DNA of 63,541 nucleotides, counting the filler, from Rhabdomonas costata (Eukaryota), in assembly GCA_019059605.1 (NCBI GenBank). It is 39 parts of 39 records of this genome, joined end to end, with 100 filler letters (N's around TTAATTAATTAA, not from the genome) between each part and the next. Parts side by side here need not be neighbours in the genome. Positions count along the whole stretch, not along the records: positions 62,010 to 63,541 come from JAHMHO010013666.1; 38 more parts are not named here. One strand, written 5' to 3'. A model generated the notes under the pieces. That model ran no database searches. It was not told the origin of the DNA and saw only the letters and a list, made by a program, of their open reading frames with translations. The position numbers and the translations under genes are program-made. This document shows positions 62,586-63,541 of the stretch, in pieces. Within the stretch, counting starts at the first letter, position 1. Every line of letters starts with the position of its first letter.

Positions 62586-63259
62586 GGTCACTATACGGGC
62601 CTTTGGGAGAACGGCATTTTCAAGGAAGGCCAGTGGGCCATGTCGGACGGCAACATCTACGAGGGAAAGTTCGACTCAAAGAATCGGTATTGCTTCGCGT
62701 GCTGCACCACGGCACTTTTTCGCATGTTGAAAAATTTAAAAGACAAGGTTCCTGTTTTGGTGTAGTCTTTCACACCGTCCAGGAAAAAGTACAGGTATAT
62801 CAGGGGTAACAGTTCAGCGGGGAGAAACCGCAGGAATGTCCCGTGAAAAAAGGTCTTTGGTTTTCGGCATGGGTTTTCTGATTTTCCCGCTGTCGCCGAG
62901 CTTTTTATCTGCGTGCTTCCCCCAACAACCCGCGGCAGCCTGCACCACGACAAGGACAAGGACGGACAGAAATTAGAGCGGTCTCCACACGGTGTCTCCA
63001 GTCACACCACGCTGTTCCCTTGGCAAACAAAAGCAGGCATTGTGCGTGGCCCGTTATTCTTCTGCGTATTCTTCTCAGGCCGTGTGACTCGATGGGTGCT
63101 ATTAAGTTCCAGGCTTGCCAGCTGGTCCAGCAGGGTGAGTACGACAAGGGCAAGTGGAGTCCCACAGAGGTCCTGATTCTTTCTCGGGACTATGACGCGG
63201 CCAAACTTGCAGCGCCGTCAGAGGGAAGCCCTGAGGCCGCTGCTCCTGTTCAGGCGTAG
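62586..63259 (+). CDS. MORN-repeat protein, radial spoke head RSPH1/RSP10-like, last two exons
   Basis: Exons 62586..62686 and 63079..63259 (phase-2 GT-AG): GHYTGLWENGIFKEGQWAMSDGNIYEGKFDSKNR|PCDSMGAIKFQACQLVQQGEYDKGKWSP...QA*. Confidence 0.75.
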
Positions 63260-63541
63260 CCCTCTCCGCTGAAGTAGCAGGAGCCGTCTTTTTCCCGTTG
63301 CCACTTGTGCGCCCCGATGTGCGATGCCCTCAGCCCCACCCGCCATTTTATGAATGTCCTGTGCTGTTTGTCTGTTTAAAAAAAACACGCTGTATGTTTT
63401 GTGTTTCATACTTGTCTTGTGTTACTTTGCTTGTGGTGTGAGTTCGCCTTCCCCACGCCTGCTGAAGCGACTGTGGCGCTCGCGAAGACCACCAAACACA
63501 GCGAGGTTGTTTTCCGACCAAACCTCCCGAGAAAACAACAA

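Overview
This window is not one locus. It is an artificial concatenation of 39 unlinked contigs of about 1.52-1.53 kb, each joined by a 100-nt linker (44 N + TTAATTAATTAA + 44 N), so no synteny or clustering can be read across linkers. Most contigs start G/T-only and end A/C-only, which suggests whole-genome-amplification primers. The source is an intron-rich flagellated eukaryote. I infer a euglenozoan, most likely a euglenid, but this is not proven. By hand-splicing GT-AG (occasionally GC-AG) introns I could reconstruct partial genes for an axonemal dynein heavy chain, glucosidase I, ribophorin II/Swp1, NOG2, a DEAH helicase, a SMYD-like SET protein, an SDR, an RSPH1-like MORN protein, a Dcp2-like N-terminus, SAM, IQ and coiled-coil proteins, and several hypotheticals. 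Mobile DNA includes two Penelope-like RT remnants, a Ty3/gypsy protease and a Merlin/IS1595-like fragment. The three most unusual items are: (1) a protein with two bestrophin domains fused in tandem (44272-45314); (2) an AT-rich, intronless, decaying giant-virus-like fragment with a Nudix pseudogene and an AAAATTGA motif (3267-4796); (3) a repeat protein built from symmetric phase-0 exons, each carrying one SVWGM(Q/E)YTxAEQxx(Y/F)SGAxDY-type unit (35901-37110). All family assignments rest on motif recognition from memory; no searches were run.
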